A DNA stretch of 64,000 nt from Acidobacteria bacterium UBA2999 (GCA_002346475.1 DDZV01000015.1:47643-111642); one strand, 5' to 3'; positions 9,645-20,161 are shown, counted from the first letter of the stretch. The notes: generated by a model not told the origin, from the sequence alone. Translations and numbers: made by a program.

Positions 9645-10175
9645 CTAAGCATCTTCACTCTTGGCCCAGTACTTGGTGAACTCTTCCATATAAGTCAACG
9701 TTTTGAGTGAATCCATCCGATCGAAAAAAAGAATCCCGTCAAGATGATCCGTTTCATGTTGGACCACACGTGAGGGGAAATCTGTAAGATGTAATTCCAT
9801 TGGTTTCCCATTCCTGTCTAGCCCTCGGACAGTGATTTCAAATTGTCTCGGAACCATTCCACGAATGTCAGGAATACTGAGACACCCTTCCCAACCTTCG
9901 ACCGTGGCCGAGTCGGTAGATACAATTTCTGGGTTAATAATTACAGTTGCGTTAGCTTCAGGGTCTGGCTCATCCTCTAACAGCGCAACAAATAAACGAA
10001 CGCTCTCATGGACTTGCGGAGCAGCCAATCCAACACCATGGTACTCATGCATTGTTTCGATCATGTCATCAATTAGTTGCTGTAACGCTCGGCTGTGAAT
10101 CTTCGACGACTCAATCGGTTTTGCTTGGCGTCGCAACACAGGATGACCCATACGTACGACTTTTAGTATGGACAT
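9645..10175 (-). CDS. def: peptide deformylase
   Basis: All three PDF motifs are present: 'GVGLAAPQV', 'EGCLSIPD' and 'QHETDHLDG'. Confidence 0.95.
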   Translation of the reverse strand: MSILKVVRMGHPVLRRQAKPIESSKIHSRALQQLIDDMIETMHEYHGVGLAAPQVHESVRLFVALLEDEPDPEANATVIINPEIVSTDSATVEGWEGCLSIPDIRGMVPRQFEITVRGLDRNGKPMELHLTDFPSRVVQHETDHLDGILFFDRMDSLKTLTYMEEFTKYWAKSEDA

Positions 10176-10217
10176 AAGTAAAAATTATAAGACTCCCAGA
10201 GGCTAAGATATCACCAT

Positions 10218-10733
10218 ATGCACTTACAGAATGATTCCACTAATTATAAGTTCTGTCCTCATTGTAGTGGTGCCCTTGAACAACGACTCATAAAACAAAC
10301 TGAACCTATGCGCCTTGTTTGTATCAAGTGTGATTTTATCTTTTATCTTGACCCCAAACTTGCCGTAGGCACCATCATTGTAAATAAAGAAAACCATATT
10401 TTGCTCATTAGACGTGCTATTGAGCCAGGGTACGGTAAATGGGTCTTTCCTGGTGGGTATGTTGACCGAGGCGAAGAGGTAATCGCTGCAGCCATCAGAG
10501 AAGCTCGTGAAGAGTGTGGCCTGAAAGTTCAGATCGAACGGCTCGTGAATATTTACTCGTACGCTGGGAGTGCGCCCGTAATCATCGTGTACGAAACAAG
10601 CGTAATTGAAGGTCAGCTGGCGTGCGACGATGAAGGCCTTGAAGTACGATTCTTTCCACCATCTGAGATTCCCTGGGACAATTTAGCATTCAAAAGTACA
10701 CGAGAAGCACTACATGAATTTCTCAAAATCTAA
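10218..10733 (+). CDS. NUDIX hydrolase with N-terminal zinc ribbon
   Basis: Zinc ribbon 'CPHCSG...CIKCDF' (CxxC...CxxC). Nudix box 'GGYVDRGEEVIAAAIREAREECGL'. Confidence 0.85.
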   Translation: MHLQNDSTNYKFCPHCSGALEQRLIKQTEPMRLVCIKCDFIFYLDPKLAVGTIIVNKENHILLIRRAIEPGYGKWVFPGGYVDRGEEVIAAAIREAREECGLKVQIERLVNIYSYAGSAPVIIVYETSVIEGQLACDDEGLEVRFFPPSEIPWDNLAFKSTREALHEFLKI

Positions 10734-10736
10734 TTA

Positions 10737-11795
10737 TTAAGCAATAGTGATTTCTTTCGCTAAATAAACATCCTGAATAGCATTCAAGAGCGCAACCCCT
10801 TCTTTTAAAGGACGTTGGAATGCCTTCCGACCTGAGATTAATCCCATTCCACCTGCTCGTTTATTAATTACCGCAGTCTTTACAGCTTCTTTTAAATCAC
10901 TCTCGCCAGCTGATGCACCACCAGAATTAATTAATCCAGCACGCCCCATATAACAATTCGCCACCTGGTAGCGAGTAAGGTCGATTGGGTGACTACTTGT
11001 AAGCTTGTCATAGACATCCTTATGTGTTTTTCCAAAACCAAGGACTGTATAACCATTGTTATTTTCTGGGAGTTTCTGCTTAATGATGTCCGCCTCAATC
11101 GTCACGCCAAGATGATTAGCCTGCCCAGTGAGATCGGCAGAGACATGATAATCATTCTCCTTTGTCTTAAATTCAGGGTTGCGTAAATAACACCAGAGCA
11201 CCGTTAACATCCCCAAATCGTGAGCTTGCTGAAACAAAGTAGTAACTTCCTGTAATTGGCGCTTAGATTCTTCAGAACCAAAATAAATTGTTGCACCGAC
11301 ACCAATTGCACCCATGTCGAACGCTTGTTCCACACTAGAAAACTGAATCTGATCATAGGAATTAGGGTAAGAAATAAATTCGTTATGATTCAATTTAAGA
11401 ATGAATGGAATTTTATGTGCATACTTCCGAGAAACAGAACCAAGAACCCCAAGGGTTGACGCGACTGCATTGCAACCGCCTTCAATAGCCAAGCGAATAA
11501 GATTTTCAGGATCAAAATATGCTGGATTCGGGGCAAATGAAGCCCCTGCAGAATGCTCAATCCCTTGATCAACTGGAAGAATCGAAACATAACCTGTACC
11601 TGCGAGACGACCAGAGCTAAAGAAGGTTTGCAGGTTGGTTAAAACACGTGTGGGTCGATCAGACGCAGAACATATGCGATCAACAAAATCAGGACCTGGC
11701 AAATGCAGGTTCTGGTGTGGAATTGTTTTACACTGGTGCTCAAGAAGCTTAGCGTCTTGACCAAGGATATCCTTGATCTTAGTAAACCCTGACAT
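10737..11795 (-). CDS. fbaB: class I fructose-bisphosphate aldolase (FbaB/DhnA type)
   Basis: Near-collinear with E. coli FbaB as I recall it ('[27 protein letters not shown]', '[14 protein letters not shown]', '[18 protein letters not shown]'). I chose ATG 11795 ([22 protein letters not shown]) rather than the track start at 11843. Confidence 0.9.
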   Translation of the reverse strand: MSGFTKIKDILGQDAKLLEHQCKTIPHQNLHLPGPDFVDRICSASDRPTRVLTNLQTFFSSGRLAGTGYVSILPVDQGIEHSAGASFAPNPAYFDPENLIRLAIEGGCNAVASTLGVLGSVSRKYAHKIPFILKLNHNEFISYPNSYDQIQFSSVEQAFDMGAIGVGATIYFGSEESKRQLQEVTTLFQQAHDLGMLTVLWCYLRNPEFKTKENDYHVSADLTGQANHLGVTIEADIIKQKLPENNNGYTVLGFGKTHKDVYDKLTSSHPIDLTRYQVANCYMGRAGLINSGGASAGESDLKEAVKTAVINKRAGGMGLISGRKAFQRPLKEGVALLNAIQDVYLAKEITIA

Positions 11796-11848
11796 ACCTG
11801 TTACCTTTCGCCACTGTGGAACCTCTGCTGTAACTGGGCACACACGAT

Positions 11849-13048
11849 TTACGAGGCCCGTTTATTTGTAACTCTAGTTGATCCTATCATTGGAAATTCA
11901 AACTCTTCCACAGTTGCTTCACGAATTGCACTTTCGACAAAATCGCTGATGGGCAAAGCCTGCTCAGCGGCAATAATTGCGGGCAAGCGCCCACGAGTTA
12001 GGGGGTTGCTAGGCATGAATAAAGTGCAACAATCCTGATCAGGAATAATGGAGATAGGATAGGTCCCGAGCTTCTGGGCTTCTGCAATAATCTCATCCTT
12101 ATCCATTCCAATTAGTGGTCGAAAAATAGGCAAATTTGCCACATTCTCTATAACAGCTATGTTTTCAAGCGTCTGAGACGCCACCTGCCCAATAGCTTCT
12201 CCGGTCACTAGGGCTCGAGCATGGCGAATATGTGCCACCCGCTCCGCAATTCGAAACATGAGACGCCGATAGATTATCACTCGCATTGGCCCTGGAATCG
12301 ATAACACAACGTTCTGCTGAATGTTGCTAAATGGAACAAGGTAAAGCCGAGAATGTTGTTGGTAGTGAGTTAAAAGATCAACAAGCTGATGAACCTTCTC
12401 CTGCGAAGCACGCGACAGAATCGGATAGCTGTGAAAATGAATGAACGTTACAGCACAACCACGTTTCATCATCTTAAACGCAGCAACTGGAGAATCAATT
12501 CCCCCAGATAGAAGAGCTACAACACGACCAGCTGTGCCAGTTGGAAGACCACCCGATGCACGTGTCTTGTCAAAAAAATAAAATGCTTCATTTGATAATA
12601 ATTGGACATAGATCACCAGTTCGGGATCATCAAGGTTTACTTTCCAACCCATAGATTCTTGAATACGACTACCAAGCTGCCGTTCGATTTCTGGAGAAGT
12701 CAGTGGAAATCGTTTATCCGCACGACGGGCAGATACTCGAAAACTATGACATTGTCTGTTTTTTAAACTGGAGAGAATGGCAGATGTTATTACATCCATT
12801 TCAAGCGGAACACGATCAGCATAGGCGTAATTTGCTACTCCAAATGTTTGACGGATCCGCTCCCCTATTTGATCTGGCTGAGCTGTAGGACCTAGAACTA
12901 ATTCGATACGTCCCATTAATGCACGAACTTCTGACACATCCAGATCAGATACAGCACGTCGAAGGTTTTCCACAAGCCTCGTCACAAACCAGGATCGATT
13001 CTTTCCTTTGAGTGCAATCTCTTGATAATGAATAATGAAGGATGACAT
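11849..13048 (-). CDS. thiI: tRNA 4-thiouridine(8) synthase / sulfurtransferase ThiI (no rhodanese domain)
   Basis: THUMP-like N-terminal half followed by the PP-loop '[13 protein letters not shown]'. 399 aa. Confidence 0.9.
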   Translation of the reverse strand: MSSFIIHYQEIALKGKNRSWFVTRLVENLRRAVSDLDVSEVRALMGRIELVLGPTAQPDQIGERIRQTFGVANYAYADRVPLEMDVITSAILSSLKNRQCHSFRVSARRADKRFPLTSPEIERQLGSRIQESMGWKVNLDDPELVIYVQLLSNEAFYFFDKTRASGGLPTGTAGRVVALLSGGIDSPVAAFKMMKRGCAVTFIHFHSYPILSRASQEKVHQLVDLLTHYQQHSRLYLVPFSNIQQNVVLSIPGPMRVIIYRRLMFRIAERVAHIRHARALVTGEAIGQVASQTLENIAVIENVANLPIFRPLIGMDKDEIIAEAQKLGTYPISIIPDQDCCTLFMPSNPLTRGRLPAIIAAEQALPISDFVESAIREATVEEFEFPMIGSTRVTNKRAS

Positions 13049-13078
13049 TGTTGTCTACTCTATGGGTTTTTTGATGCC

Positions 13079-13558
13079 ATGCGAGACTTAATTGCCTGGT
13101 TCGTTGCGGCCTTTCTGCTAGCAACTGCTGCAAGTCTTGCTAGCACACTGCGCTACTACCGACTCAGGCGCCAGCGTGCAACTGACTTTCAGCGTGTTCG
13201 TGGACGTCGCATCATTGCTGAACTTCCAATTACCGATGACTTAGTTTATTTCACTGAAGATACAACTCATTTTTATTACGGTGAACGTTCTATAAATAAG
13301 AGTCAAATCCAAGTCGCACGAGTCTTAATTAACGGATCTCCAATTGCAGAAGTCTCTGCTCAACACCAAACATCTCACATAGTAAAACCACCAATCTTTG
13401 TAGACCAGCCTGAGGGTATCCTCCGGGATCGATGGGATGTCATGATCGGAACTGAATCCGGTGATATCTTAGTTGAATGTGGTGCGGTACGAGAACGAGT
13501 TTCCCAGGAACTTGCACGAAAGATCTTCGATGCCATCAAAGCTACGATTGAAAGCTAA
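13079..13558 (+). CDS. hypothetical membrane-anchored protein
   Basis: 159-aa ORF with one N-terminal TM helix (IAWFVAAFLLATAASLAS) followed by an R-rich stop-transfer segment. I recognise no motif. Confidence 0.5.
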   Translation: MRDLIAWFVAAFLLATAASLASTLRYYRLRRQRATDFQRVRGRRIIAELPITDDLVYFTEDTTHFYYGERSINKSQIQVARVLINGSPIAEVSAQHQTSHIVKPPIFVDQPEGILRDRWDVMIGTESGDILVECGAVRERVSQELARKIFDAIKATIES

Positions 13559-13561
13559 AAT

Positions 13562-14098
13562 TCACCACTCCGTTTCTTTTATATTAGCACTGTGATTCAC
13601 TGCACGAGCGAGCACAAACAACAAATCGGACAGCCGATTCAAGTAGATAAGTATAAGTGGGTCCACTTGATCGCCCAATGCAACTACTCGCCGTTCCGCC
13701 CGACGACACACAGTACGGGCCATATGCAAGGTTGCACCAGCGGGCGAACCACCAGGCAGAATAAAACGACGCAAAGGTTGAGGCACCGATTCAAAATGAT
13801 CAATGGCGTCCTCAAGTTTCTTAACGTCAGTTTCGGTAATAGACGCCTTCTCAACACGCCCCTGAATTTTAGTAGCTGGATCAGCCAGAAGCGAACCAAG
13901 GGCAAAGAGGTCCTTTTGGACATCTTCCAGGACGGATCTAACTTCTTCGCTTACCTCAGCAGAACATGCAACTCCAACACATGCATTTACTTCGTCAATC
14001 TCGCCGTACGCATCAACCCGCGGGTTCGATTTTCGAACCCGGCTGTTATCGAACAACGAAGTCTCGCCAGTATCACCAGTCTTTGTGTACAGTTTCAT
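13562..14098 (-). CDS. PduO-type ATP:cob(I)alamin adenosyltransferase
   Basis: Family N-terminus 'MKLYTKTGDTGETSLFDNSRV'. ATG 14098 is preceded by AGGA; the track start at 14116 adds 6 aa. Confidence 0.85.
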   Translation of the reverse strand: MKLYTKTGDTGETSLFDNSRVRKSNPRVDAYGEIDEVNACVGVACSAEVSEEVRSVLEDVQKDLFALGSLLADPATKIQGRVEKASITETDVKKLEDAIDHFESVPQPLRRFILPGGSPAGATLHMARTVCRRAERRVVALGDQVDPLILIYLNRLSDLLFVLARAVNHSANIKETEW

Positions 14099-14147
14099 AT
14101 GTTCCTGAGCATGCATTAACGCTCATATCGCGGACATTATACGTCGC

Positions 14148-14846
14148 ATGCCAATATCTCAACTGCCAACTTCGTTACAGCGACAACGTTTTCGGAGACG
14201 GCTCTTTACCTGGTACCGAAAACATGGACGCGACTTACCTTGGCGGCATACAAACAACCCCTACCATATCCTTGTTTCCGAAGTAATGCTCCAGCAAACT
14301 CAAGTTGAGCGTGTACTGCCTAAGTACCATGAATGGCTTACTAAATATCCCTCTCTTTCGGCACTTGCTGATGCACCCATTAAGAAAGTTGTTAGCACCT
14401 GGCGTCCACTAGGGTACAACGTCCGTCCACGGCGTCTACATGCTATCGCCCGTGAAGCAGTCCTTCACTTTTCAGGACGCTTACCTTCAGACGAAGCTAC
14501 ATTGCTCTCATTTAAGGGAATAGGCCCTTACACCGTCGGAGCAATTCGAAGCTTCGCTTTTAAAAAACGTGCAGCAATCCTAGACACGAATGTGGCTCGC
14601 TTGTTGTTTCGGGTGTTTATCGGACAAGGTGAGCTAGAAGCACATGCCACACATAAGCATCTATGGATAATTTCTAAAGCTTTAGTGCCACGCAAACATG
14701 TCTTTGATTTTAATCAAGCACTAATGGACTTCGGTGCTTTACTTTGTACAGCTCGAAAACCTCATTGTGAAAACTGTCCAATGACCACAATGTGTGCATC
14801 GTACCCAACCTTAAAGCAAAAAGACTCAGCTTCTAAAAAACGATAG
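14148..14846 (+). CDS. mutY: A/G-specific adenine DNA glycosylase MutY, catalytic domain only (no C-terminal MutT-like domain)
   Basis: Motifs 'LPWRHTNNPYHILVSEVMLQQTQV' and 'ILDTNVARL', with the 4Fe-4S cluster loop 'CTARKPHCENCPMTTMC'. The protein is 232 aa, versus about 350 for full-length MutY. Confidence 0.8.
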   Translation: MPISQLPTSLQRQRFRRRLFTWYRKHGRDLPWRHTNNPYHILVSEVMLQQTQVERVLPKYHEWLTKYPSLSALADAPIKKVVSTWRPLGYNVRPRRLHAIAREAVLHFSGRLPSDEATLLSFKGIGPYTVGAIRSFAFKKRAAILDTNVARLLFRVFIGQGELEAHATHKHLWIISKALVPRKHVFDFNQALMDFGALLCTARKPHCENCPMTTMCASYPTLKQKDSASKKR

Positions 14847-14895
14847 CCGTGCATAGTGCTCGACATTCTGTTAGTTCCACATAACAATCATTCTG

Positions 14896-15294
14896 TTGTC
14901 CCTACATAGGATTAATGTTGTTGCCGCCGTTATTGAACAAAACGAACACTTCCTTCTAACCTGTCGCCAAAAAGGAGTTCATTTGGAAGGCCTGTGGGAA
15001 TTCCCTGGTGGAAAAATTGATCATGGAGAAACACACGAAGTGGCACTGCGCCGGGAAATACATGAAGAGCTTGGGGCTGATGTTGAGATAAAAAATTGTA
15101 TCTTAACAACATCACACACATATCAAGATCGAACTGTCAAACTACACTTTTACCAGTGTCGTTTAATTGGAATTCCAAAACCTATGCTTGGTCAAAAAAT
15201 GCGTTGGGTCCAACGGCAAGAGCTTAACAATCTACAGTTTCCGCCAGCAGACAATGCGTTAATCGCAATACTTACGAAAACGGAAGAGCGCTGA
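14896..15294 (+). CDS. MutT/NudG-like (deoxy)nucleoside-triphosphate pyrophosphohydrolase
   Basis: Intact Nudix box 'GGKIDHGETHEVALRREIHEELG'. 132 aa with a TTG start. Confidence 0.8.
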   Translation: MSLHRINVVAAVIEQNEHFLLTCRQKGVHLEGLWEFPGGKIDHGETHEVALRREIHEELGADVEIKNCILTTSHTYQDRTVKLHFYQCRLIGIPKPMLGQKMRWVQRQELNNLQFPPADNALIAILTKTEER

Positions 15295-16261
15295 CAGTTG
15301 CACTGACAAATTTCTCATATCCAGTCACTTCAACCTTCGATCCAGGTTCTACATAATCACGGTGAACGTACCCGAGTGCAATTGCACCGGAACGAGGAGT
15401 AGAGGCTACGCTTGTAACAGTGCCTACATCCTGACCACCTGCACGCAGTATTGTGCCAGGCTTCGGAAGCGTGTTGGAATCAAGGCAAAGTCCAACTAGT
15501 TTCTTTACTATACGACCATGCCCGCGATCCAAGATTCTGATCACAACTTCCTGTCCAACATAACACCCCTTGGTAAAAGAAATTGCCCTCGACTCAATGC
15601 CCGCTTCCAGCGGAATAATTTCCTCATCCATATCGATACCAAACAACGGTATCCCCGCTTCAATACGAGTAGCTGAAACCGCTTCCGTGCCAACTAGCAA
15701 TGCTCCAGATGCAAGCAACGCATCTCGCAAGAGTTCATTGAAATCGCTAGAGACATATATCACGAAGCCAGGCACGCCTAGTTGATCAACACGCACTACA
15801 ACAACTGAAGCATCTTTAAAAGTACTTCTGGTATTACAGTATTGGGTCCAACTATCTAGTCCAGTTACATTGGGAATCGTCTTTTCAACTAATTTTGCCG
15901 CTTCAGGTCCATGTATACAGACTCTTGAAAGGTCGGCAGTTAAATCCCCTATCTGTACGTCCTCTGTAAAAATTAAGTTCTCAAGTCGCTGTTTCACAGA
16001 CGTGGCGACATGTGCAGGCACATCAAGCAAAAGCATGTCTCCACCCTCGATGACGTGCATATCTGTCATCATCCGGCCTTGTGGTGTCAACCATACTGAA
16101 TAACATCCAGTTCCTGGTTGAAGTACCTCAATGTCGTTGGTAAGGAGACCCTGCAGATAACTGGCTCTATCAGAACCAGATACAGCTATCATGCCTCTCG
16201 GCATAACGTCTCCCACAGCAGCTCCCTGGAGAATAGCCTGGTAATCAGTTTTCAGTGTCAT
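15272..16261 (-). CDS. ygfZ: folate-binding YgfZ / GcvT-family protein
   Basis: Carries the 'TKGCYVGQEV' signature (KGC[YF]xGQE). 329 aa with GcvT-like N-terminal blocks. Confidence 0.75.
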   Translation of the reverse strand: MTLKTDYQAILQGAAVGDVMPRGMIAVSGSDRASYLQGLLTNDIEVLQPGTGCYSVWLTPQGRMMTDMHVIEGGDMLLLDVPAHVATSVKQRLENLIFTEDVQIGDLTADLSRVCIHGPEAAKLVEKTIPNVTGLDSWTQYCNTRSTFKDASVVVVRVDQLGVPGFVIYVSSDFNELLRDALLASGALLVGTEAVSATRIEAGIPLFGIDMDEEIIPLEAGIESRAISFTKGCYVGQEVVIRILDRGHGRIVKKLVGLCLDSNTLPKPGTILRAGGQDVGTVTSVASTPRSGAIALGYVHRDYVEPGSKVEVTGYEKFVSATVSALPFS

Positions 16262-16314
16262 ATAACGAAGAACCCTACAGAATGGCCAACGTCTGATACG
16301 ATCAATCTAAGTTT

Positions 16315-17973
16315 ATGCGTGGAATCCATTGTACTTGCGTCCTAGTTGTATTTTTATTGTTGAGTTCATCGGCTCATGGCAACCAAGAAAGTCCTGCTGA
16401 GAGTGAAACTTACGGATTTGTAGTGTTTCTACGTGGTGCAGCCATTGGCCGGGAAGATGTGACCACGAAGATAACAGCCGATGGAAAAACGACTATTTCT
16501 GGCCGTGGACGCTTAGCGCCACCCTTAGATATTGTCGTACGTGAAGCTGAAGTTCATTACCAAAATGACTGGACTCCTGAATCATTACTTATTGAAGGGA
16601 CCCTCAGAGGTGACGAGATCGAATTGAGGACAGACTTCCAGGGGACTGAAGCTCAGTCTGAGACTCGTGTTAATGGACAGGTTGAGACAGAAACAGACAC
16701 TGTGACGGCAACTACTATTGTTCTCCCAAATTTATTTATGGGTACCTACGAAGCACTTGCTCGTCGGTTAAAAGATGCAGTGGTTGATACAGAGCTTCCT
16801 GTTTTCATTGCACCCCAACAAGAAATAAAACTCCGTGTTAATACAATTCGCCAAGCAGTAGTACAAACTGGCACTACTACGTTTACCGTTCGCCAGTACG
16901 ACCTAACCATGGCGAGTCCAACTGGTGATCTTCAGATACAACTGTCAACCGATGAAGTTGGGAGACTCGTCCGTTTGACTGTGCCAACGCAAACGCTTGA
17001 TGTTGTTCGTGAAGATGTTGCAGCTTCGACATCACGGACCGTTCTCCATTCAAATCCGTCAGATGAATCAGTCATGATTCCCGCAAATGGTTTTAATTTA
17101 GCAGCAACAATAACGCTTCCGACACTTACGTTAAAAAATCAACCAGCTGTGGTGCTGGTCCCAGGGACTACAGGAGACCGTGATGGTGTTGTGGCAGGAA
17201 CACCTATCCTTAGCCAGCTTGCTGGCACGCTAGCGGATGCTGGATTTCTAGTAATACGGTACGACCGTCGCGGCTACGGGCAATCTGGTGGACGAGCAGA
17301 AGCGGCAACGATTGACCATTTTGCAGAAGACGCACGAACTGTTGTGCGCTATATAGGAAAGCGGAAAGACGTTGATTCAAAACGCATTGCCATTGTTGGA
17401 CATGGTGAAGGGGCATGGATTGCACTATTGACAGCCTCTCGTGAGAACCGTGTTTCTGCTATTGTTTCGATTGCCGGTGCGGCAACAACCGGAGCTGAAC
17501 TAATTCTTGAGCAACAACGACTTATGCTTGAACAGATGCAAGTGCCAGACGCAGAACGCCAGGCTAAAATCGTCCTTCAGAAACAGATCAACTCAGCCGT
17601 CATAAGTGGAGAGGGGTGGGAAGAAGTACCAGAGGAACTTCGACAACAAGCTGACAGTCCATGGTTTCAAAGTTTACTTACCTATAACCCTTCGAAAATT
17701 CTTGAGAAAATTGATCAACCAATCTTAATTCTCCATGGTGAATTGGATCATCAAGTACCCGTAAGCCATGCTAAACGCCTCGCTGAACTCGCACATGCTA
17801 TGAGTGATTCTAAAGCAGTCAAATTGGCAACTATTCGAGACCTGACACATCCACTAGTTCAAGAGAAATCGTCTGCTAACAGTGGAACTATGCTAAGCAA
17901 TCAAACTATCAGCACAGAAGCAACCGGTCCGCTTATTGATTGGCTCGCTAAAATGCTTGCAGTTAGGCGATAA
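16315..17973 (+). CDS. secreted two-domain protein: beta-rich N-domain plus alpha/beta-hydrolase fold lacking the nucleophile Ser
   Basis: Signal peptide MRGIHCTCVLVVFLLLSSSAHG. The hydrolase-fold blocks 'VVLVPGTTGDRDG' and 'ILHGELDHQVP' are present, but the nucleophile elbow reads 'VGHGEGAW' instead of GHSxG. Confidence 0.7.
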   Translation: MRGIHCTCVLVVFLLLSSSAHGNQESPAESETYGFVVFLRGAAIGREDVTTKITADGKTTISGRGRLAPPLDIVVREAEVHYQNDWTPESLLIEGTLRGDEIELRTDFQGTEAQSETRVNGQVETETDTVTATTIVLPNLFMGTYEALARRLKDAVVDTELPVFIAPQQEIKLRVNTIRQAVVQTGTTTFTVRQYDLTMASPTGDLQIQLSTDEVGRLVRLTVPTQTLDVVREDVAASTSRTVLHSNPSDESVMIPANGFNLAATITLPTLTLKNQPAVVLVPGTTGDRDGVVAGTPILSQLAGTLADAGFLVIRYDRRGYGQSGGRAEAATIDHFAEDARTVVRYIGKRKDVDSKRIAIVGHGEGAWIALLTASRENRVSAIVSIAGAATTGAELILEQQRLMLEQMQVPDAERQAKIVLQKQINSAVISGEGWEEVPEELRQQADSPWFQSLLTYNPSKILEKIDQPILILHGELDHQVPVSHAKRLAELAHAMSDSKAVKLATIRDLTHPLVQEKSSANSGTMLSNQTISTEATGPLIDWLAKMLAVRR

Positions 17974-17995
17974 CACGATCGATAGGAATGAGAAT

Positions 17996-18817
17996 ATGAA
18001 TCGCGTAGTTGTGCCTGATCTAAAAGCTAAAAAGCGTCGTGGCGAGCGAATTGCAATGCTGACAGCCTACGATGCAACAATGGCTCGGCTACTCGATCGA
18101 GCTGGTCTTGACGTCATACTGGTTGGTGACTCAGTGGGAATGGTTGCACTTGGCTACGATAACACTCTCACTGTAACGCTAGATGCAATGGTGCACCATA
18201 CACAAGCAGTCACCCGCGGGGCTCAACGTGCCCTTGTAGTAGCAGATATGCCCTTCCTTACCTACCAGATTAGTGTCTCTGATGCCGTTCGAAATGCGGG
18301 CCGCCTAATGCAAGAGGGAGGCGCAGCAGCCGTTAAACTAGAAGGAGGCAGTTCTGTAATAGATGTCGTAAAACGACTAGTTGCTGTAGGTATCCCTGTC
18401 ATGGGACACCTTGGGCTCCTGCCACAATCAATTAACCAGATTGGAAAGTACACTCGGCAGGCAACCCAACCAAAAGACGCTGACACCCTCATTGCTGACG
18501 CAGTAGCGCTAGAGCAAGCTGGCGCTTTCGCAGTTGTGCTTGAAGCGATCCCAGCCGAGCTTGCAAGAGTTGTGACTGCACGCGTTGGTATTCCAACAAT
18601 TGGAATTGGCGCAGGACCAGACTGTGATGGTCAGGTGCTCGTTAGTCATGACATGCTAGGTTTGTTTGACGAGTTTGTGCCATCTTTTGTAAAGCAGTAC
18701 GCGAAGCTTGGCGACGAAATCCTCACAGCTACCCGTGAATATGTTGACGATGTTCGTGCAGGGCGATATCCAGTATCAACACCTCAGTTAGTAAAAACTA
18801 AGACTAAGGTGAGATGA
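17996..18817 (+). CDS. panB: 3-methyl-2-oxobutanoate hydroxymethyltransferase
   Basis: Motifs 'MLTAYD', 'VGDSVGMV' and 'VKLEGG'. ATG 17996 follows an AGGA; the track start at 17936 overlaps the upstream gene. Confidence 0.92.
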   Translation: MNRVVVPDLKAKKRRGERIAMLTAYDATMARLLDRAGLDVILVGDSVGMVALGYDNTLTVTLDAMVHHTQAVTRGAQRALVVADMPFLTYQISVSDAVRNAGRLMQEGGAAAVKLEGGSSVIDVVKRLVAVGIPVMGHLGLLPQSINQIGKYTRQATQPKDADTLIADAVALEQAGAFAVVLEAIPAELARVVTARVGIPTIGIGAGPDCDGQVLVSHDMLGLFDEFVPSFVKQYAKLGDEILTATREYVDDVRAGRYPVSTPQLVKTKTKVR

Positions 18818-19680
18818 CGACCGCGCTAAGCGAGTCCATCGAACAACTTCGTGCACGCTTGACGGAACACCGGCGCACAGGAATTACGATTGGCCTAGTG
18901 CCAACGATGGGCTCACTACATGCTGGCCATGTTCGTCTAATTGAACAAGCAAAGCAGGAATGTGGAATCGTAGTAACAAGTATTTTTGTGAACCCACTAC
19001 AGTTCGACCGTGACGATGATTTTAAAAACTATCCACGTACATTGGCAGAAGATATCGAAGTTTGTAAATCATCAGCTGTAGACATTGTCTTTACACCCTC
19101 AGTGGATGAAATCTATCCAAGCCCCCAGGAATGCACCATAAAAGTGGGCCGTTTAGGAACGTACCTGTGCGGTAAATACCGCCCTGGTCACCTTAATAGC
19201 GTTGCAACTGTGGTGATGAAGTTGCTACAAATTGTACAGCCCGGACGAGCGTATTTTGGTGAAAAGGATGCTCAACAACTAGCAATTATTCGTTATTTAG
19301 TGAGAGATTTTTTGTTGCCGGTCACCATTGTAGGTGTCCCGACAGTTCGCGAAGCAGATGGCCTAGCCCTAAGTTCTCGAAATCAGTTACTCAGTCCAAC
19401 CCAGCGCCAGACTGCTATAGTTCTCTACAAGCTGCTCTTATATACGCAGAAAAAAATTGCAACAGGTATGAAAGAAGCAAAAATTGTAAAAGAATTGGCA
19501 ATGGCACAAATTCCAAAGGATGTAGCTGTGCGGATAGAGTACCTCGAACTTGTAGACCCTGAGAACATGCAACCTGTCGAGCTTATCGCTGGTCCAGTGT
19601 TAGCTGCAGGTGCTGCTTGGGTTGGCACAACAAGATTGATTGATAATGTTATTTGTAATCCAATTGCAGATACACACTAA
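18814..19680 (+). CDS. panC: pantoate--beta-alanine ligase
   Basis: 'VPTMGSLHAGH' HIGH-type motif. The start overlaps panB by 4 nt. Confidence 0.92.
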   Translation: MTTALSESIEQLRARLTEHRRTGITIGLVPTMGSLHAGHVRLIEQAKQECGIVVTSIFVNPLQFDRDDDFKNYPRTLAEDIEVCKSSAVDIVFTPSVDEIYPSPQECTIKVGRLGTYLCGKYRPGHLNSVATVVMKLLQIVQPGRAYFGEKDAQQLAIIRYLVRDFLLPVTIVGVPTVREADGLALSSRNQLLSPTQRQTAIVLYKLLLYTQKKIATGMKEAKIVKELAMAQIPKDVAVRIEYLELVDPENMQPVELIAGPVLAAGAAWVGTTRLIDNVICNPIADTH

Positions 19681-19701
19681 CTGGAATGTTTCGGAGCGGG
19701 T

Positions 19702-20082
19702 ATGAAATTACGAGAAATCTGCAAGTCGAAGATTCATCGGGCTACAATCACAGCAGCGGACCTTCACTACGTGGGGAGTATTGGTATTGACAAAACCTTA
19801 ATGCAACTAACAAATATCATTCCTGGCGAAAAGGTCTCTGTCTGGAACATCAATAACGGTGAGAGAATCGAGACATACGCAATCCCGCTAGAAGGTGATT
19901 CTGGGAAAGTTGTCGTTAACGGTGCTGCAGCGAGACATTTCCAAGCTGGCGACACAGTTATTATCGTTGCGTTCTGCCTAACCGATGAACCAGTGACTGC
20001 CAAAATGATTGTGGTAGACAAGAAGAATCGCTTTGCTAAGGACTTGCCAAGTAATCATGAAGCCCTTAGCCTGGAATCGTAG
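19702..20082 (+). CDS. panD: aspartate 1-decarboxylase
   Basis: 'KSKIHRATITAADLHYVGSIGID', which includes the G-S self-processing site. Confidence 0.92.
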   Translation: MKLREICKSKIHRATITAADLHYVGSIGIDKTLMQLTNIIPGEKVSVWNINNGERIETYAIPLEGDSGKVVVNGAAARHFQAGDTVIIVAFCLTDEPVTAKMIVVDKKNRFAKDLPSNHEALSLES

Positions 20083-20161
20083 TCAATCGAAGCGTGAACT
20101 AATACTCCTTCACCACGCTGCTGATCCTTAAATAGCGTGATTCGTAGGAGAATGGTACTTA

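Noticed and set aside
13592-14119. A 175-aa plus-strand ORF almost exactly mirrors the PduO-type adenosyltransferase gene on the opposite strand.
   Set aside because: The minus-strand product has an unmistakable family N-terminus and length. The antisense translation is Ser/Arg/Asn/Cys-rich with no motif. A rough estimate says a few stop-free antisense stretches of this length are expected by chance in 64 kb of ~47% GC coding DNA.
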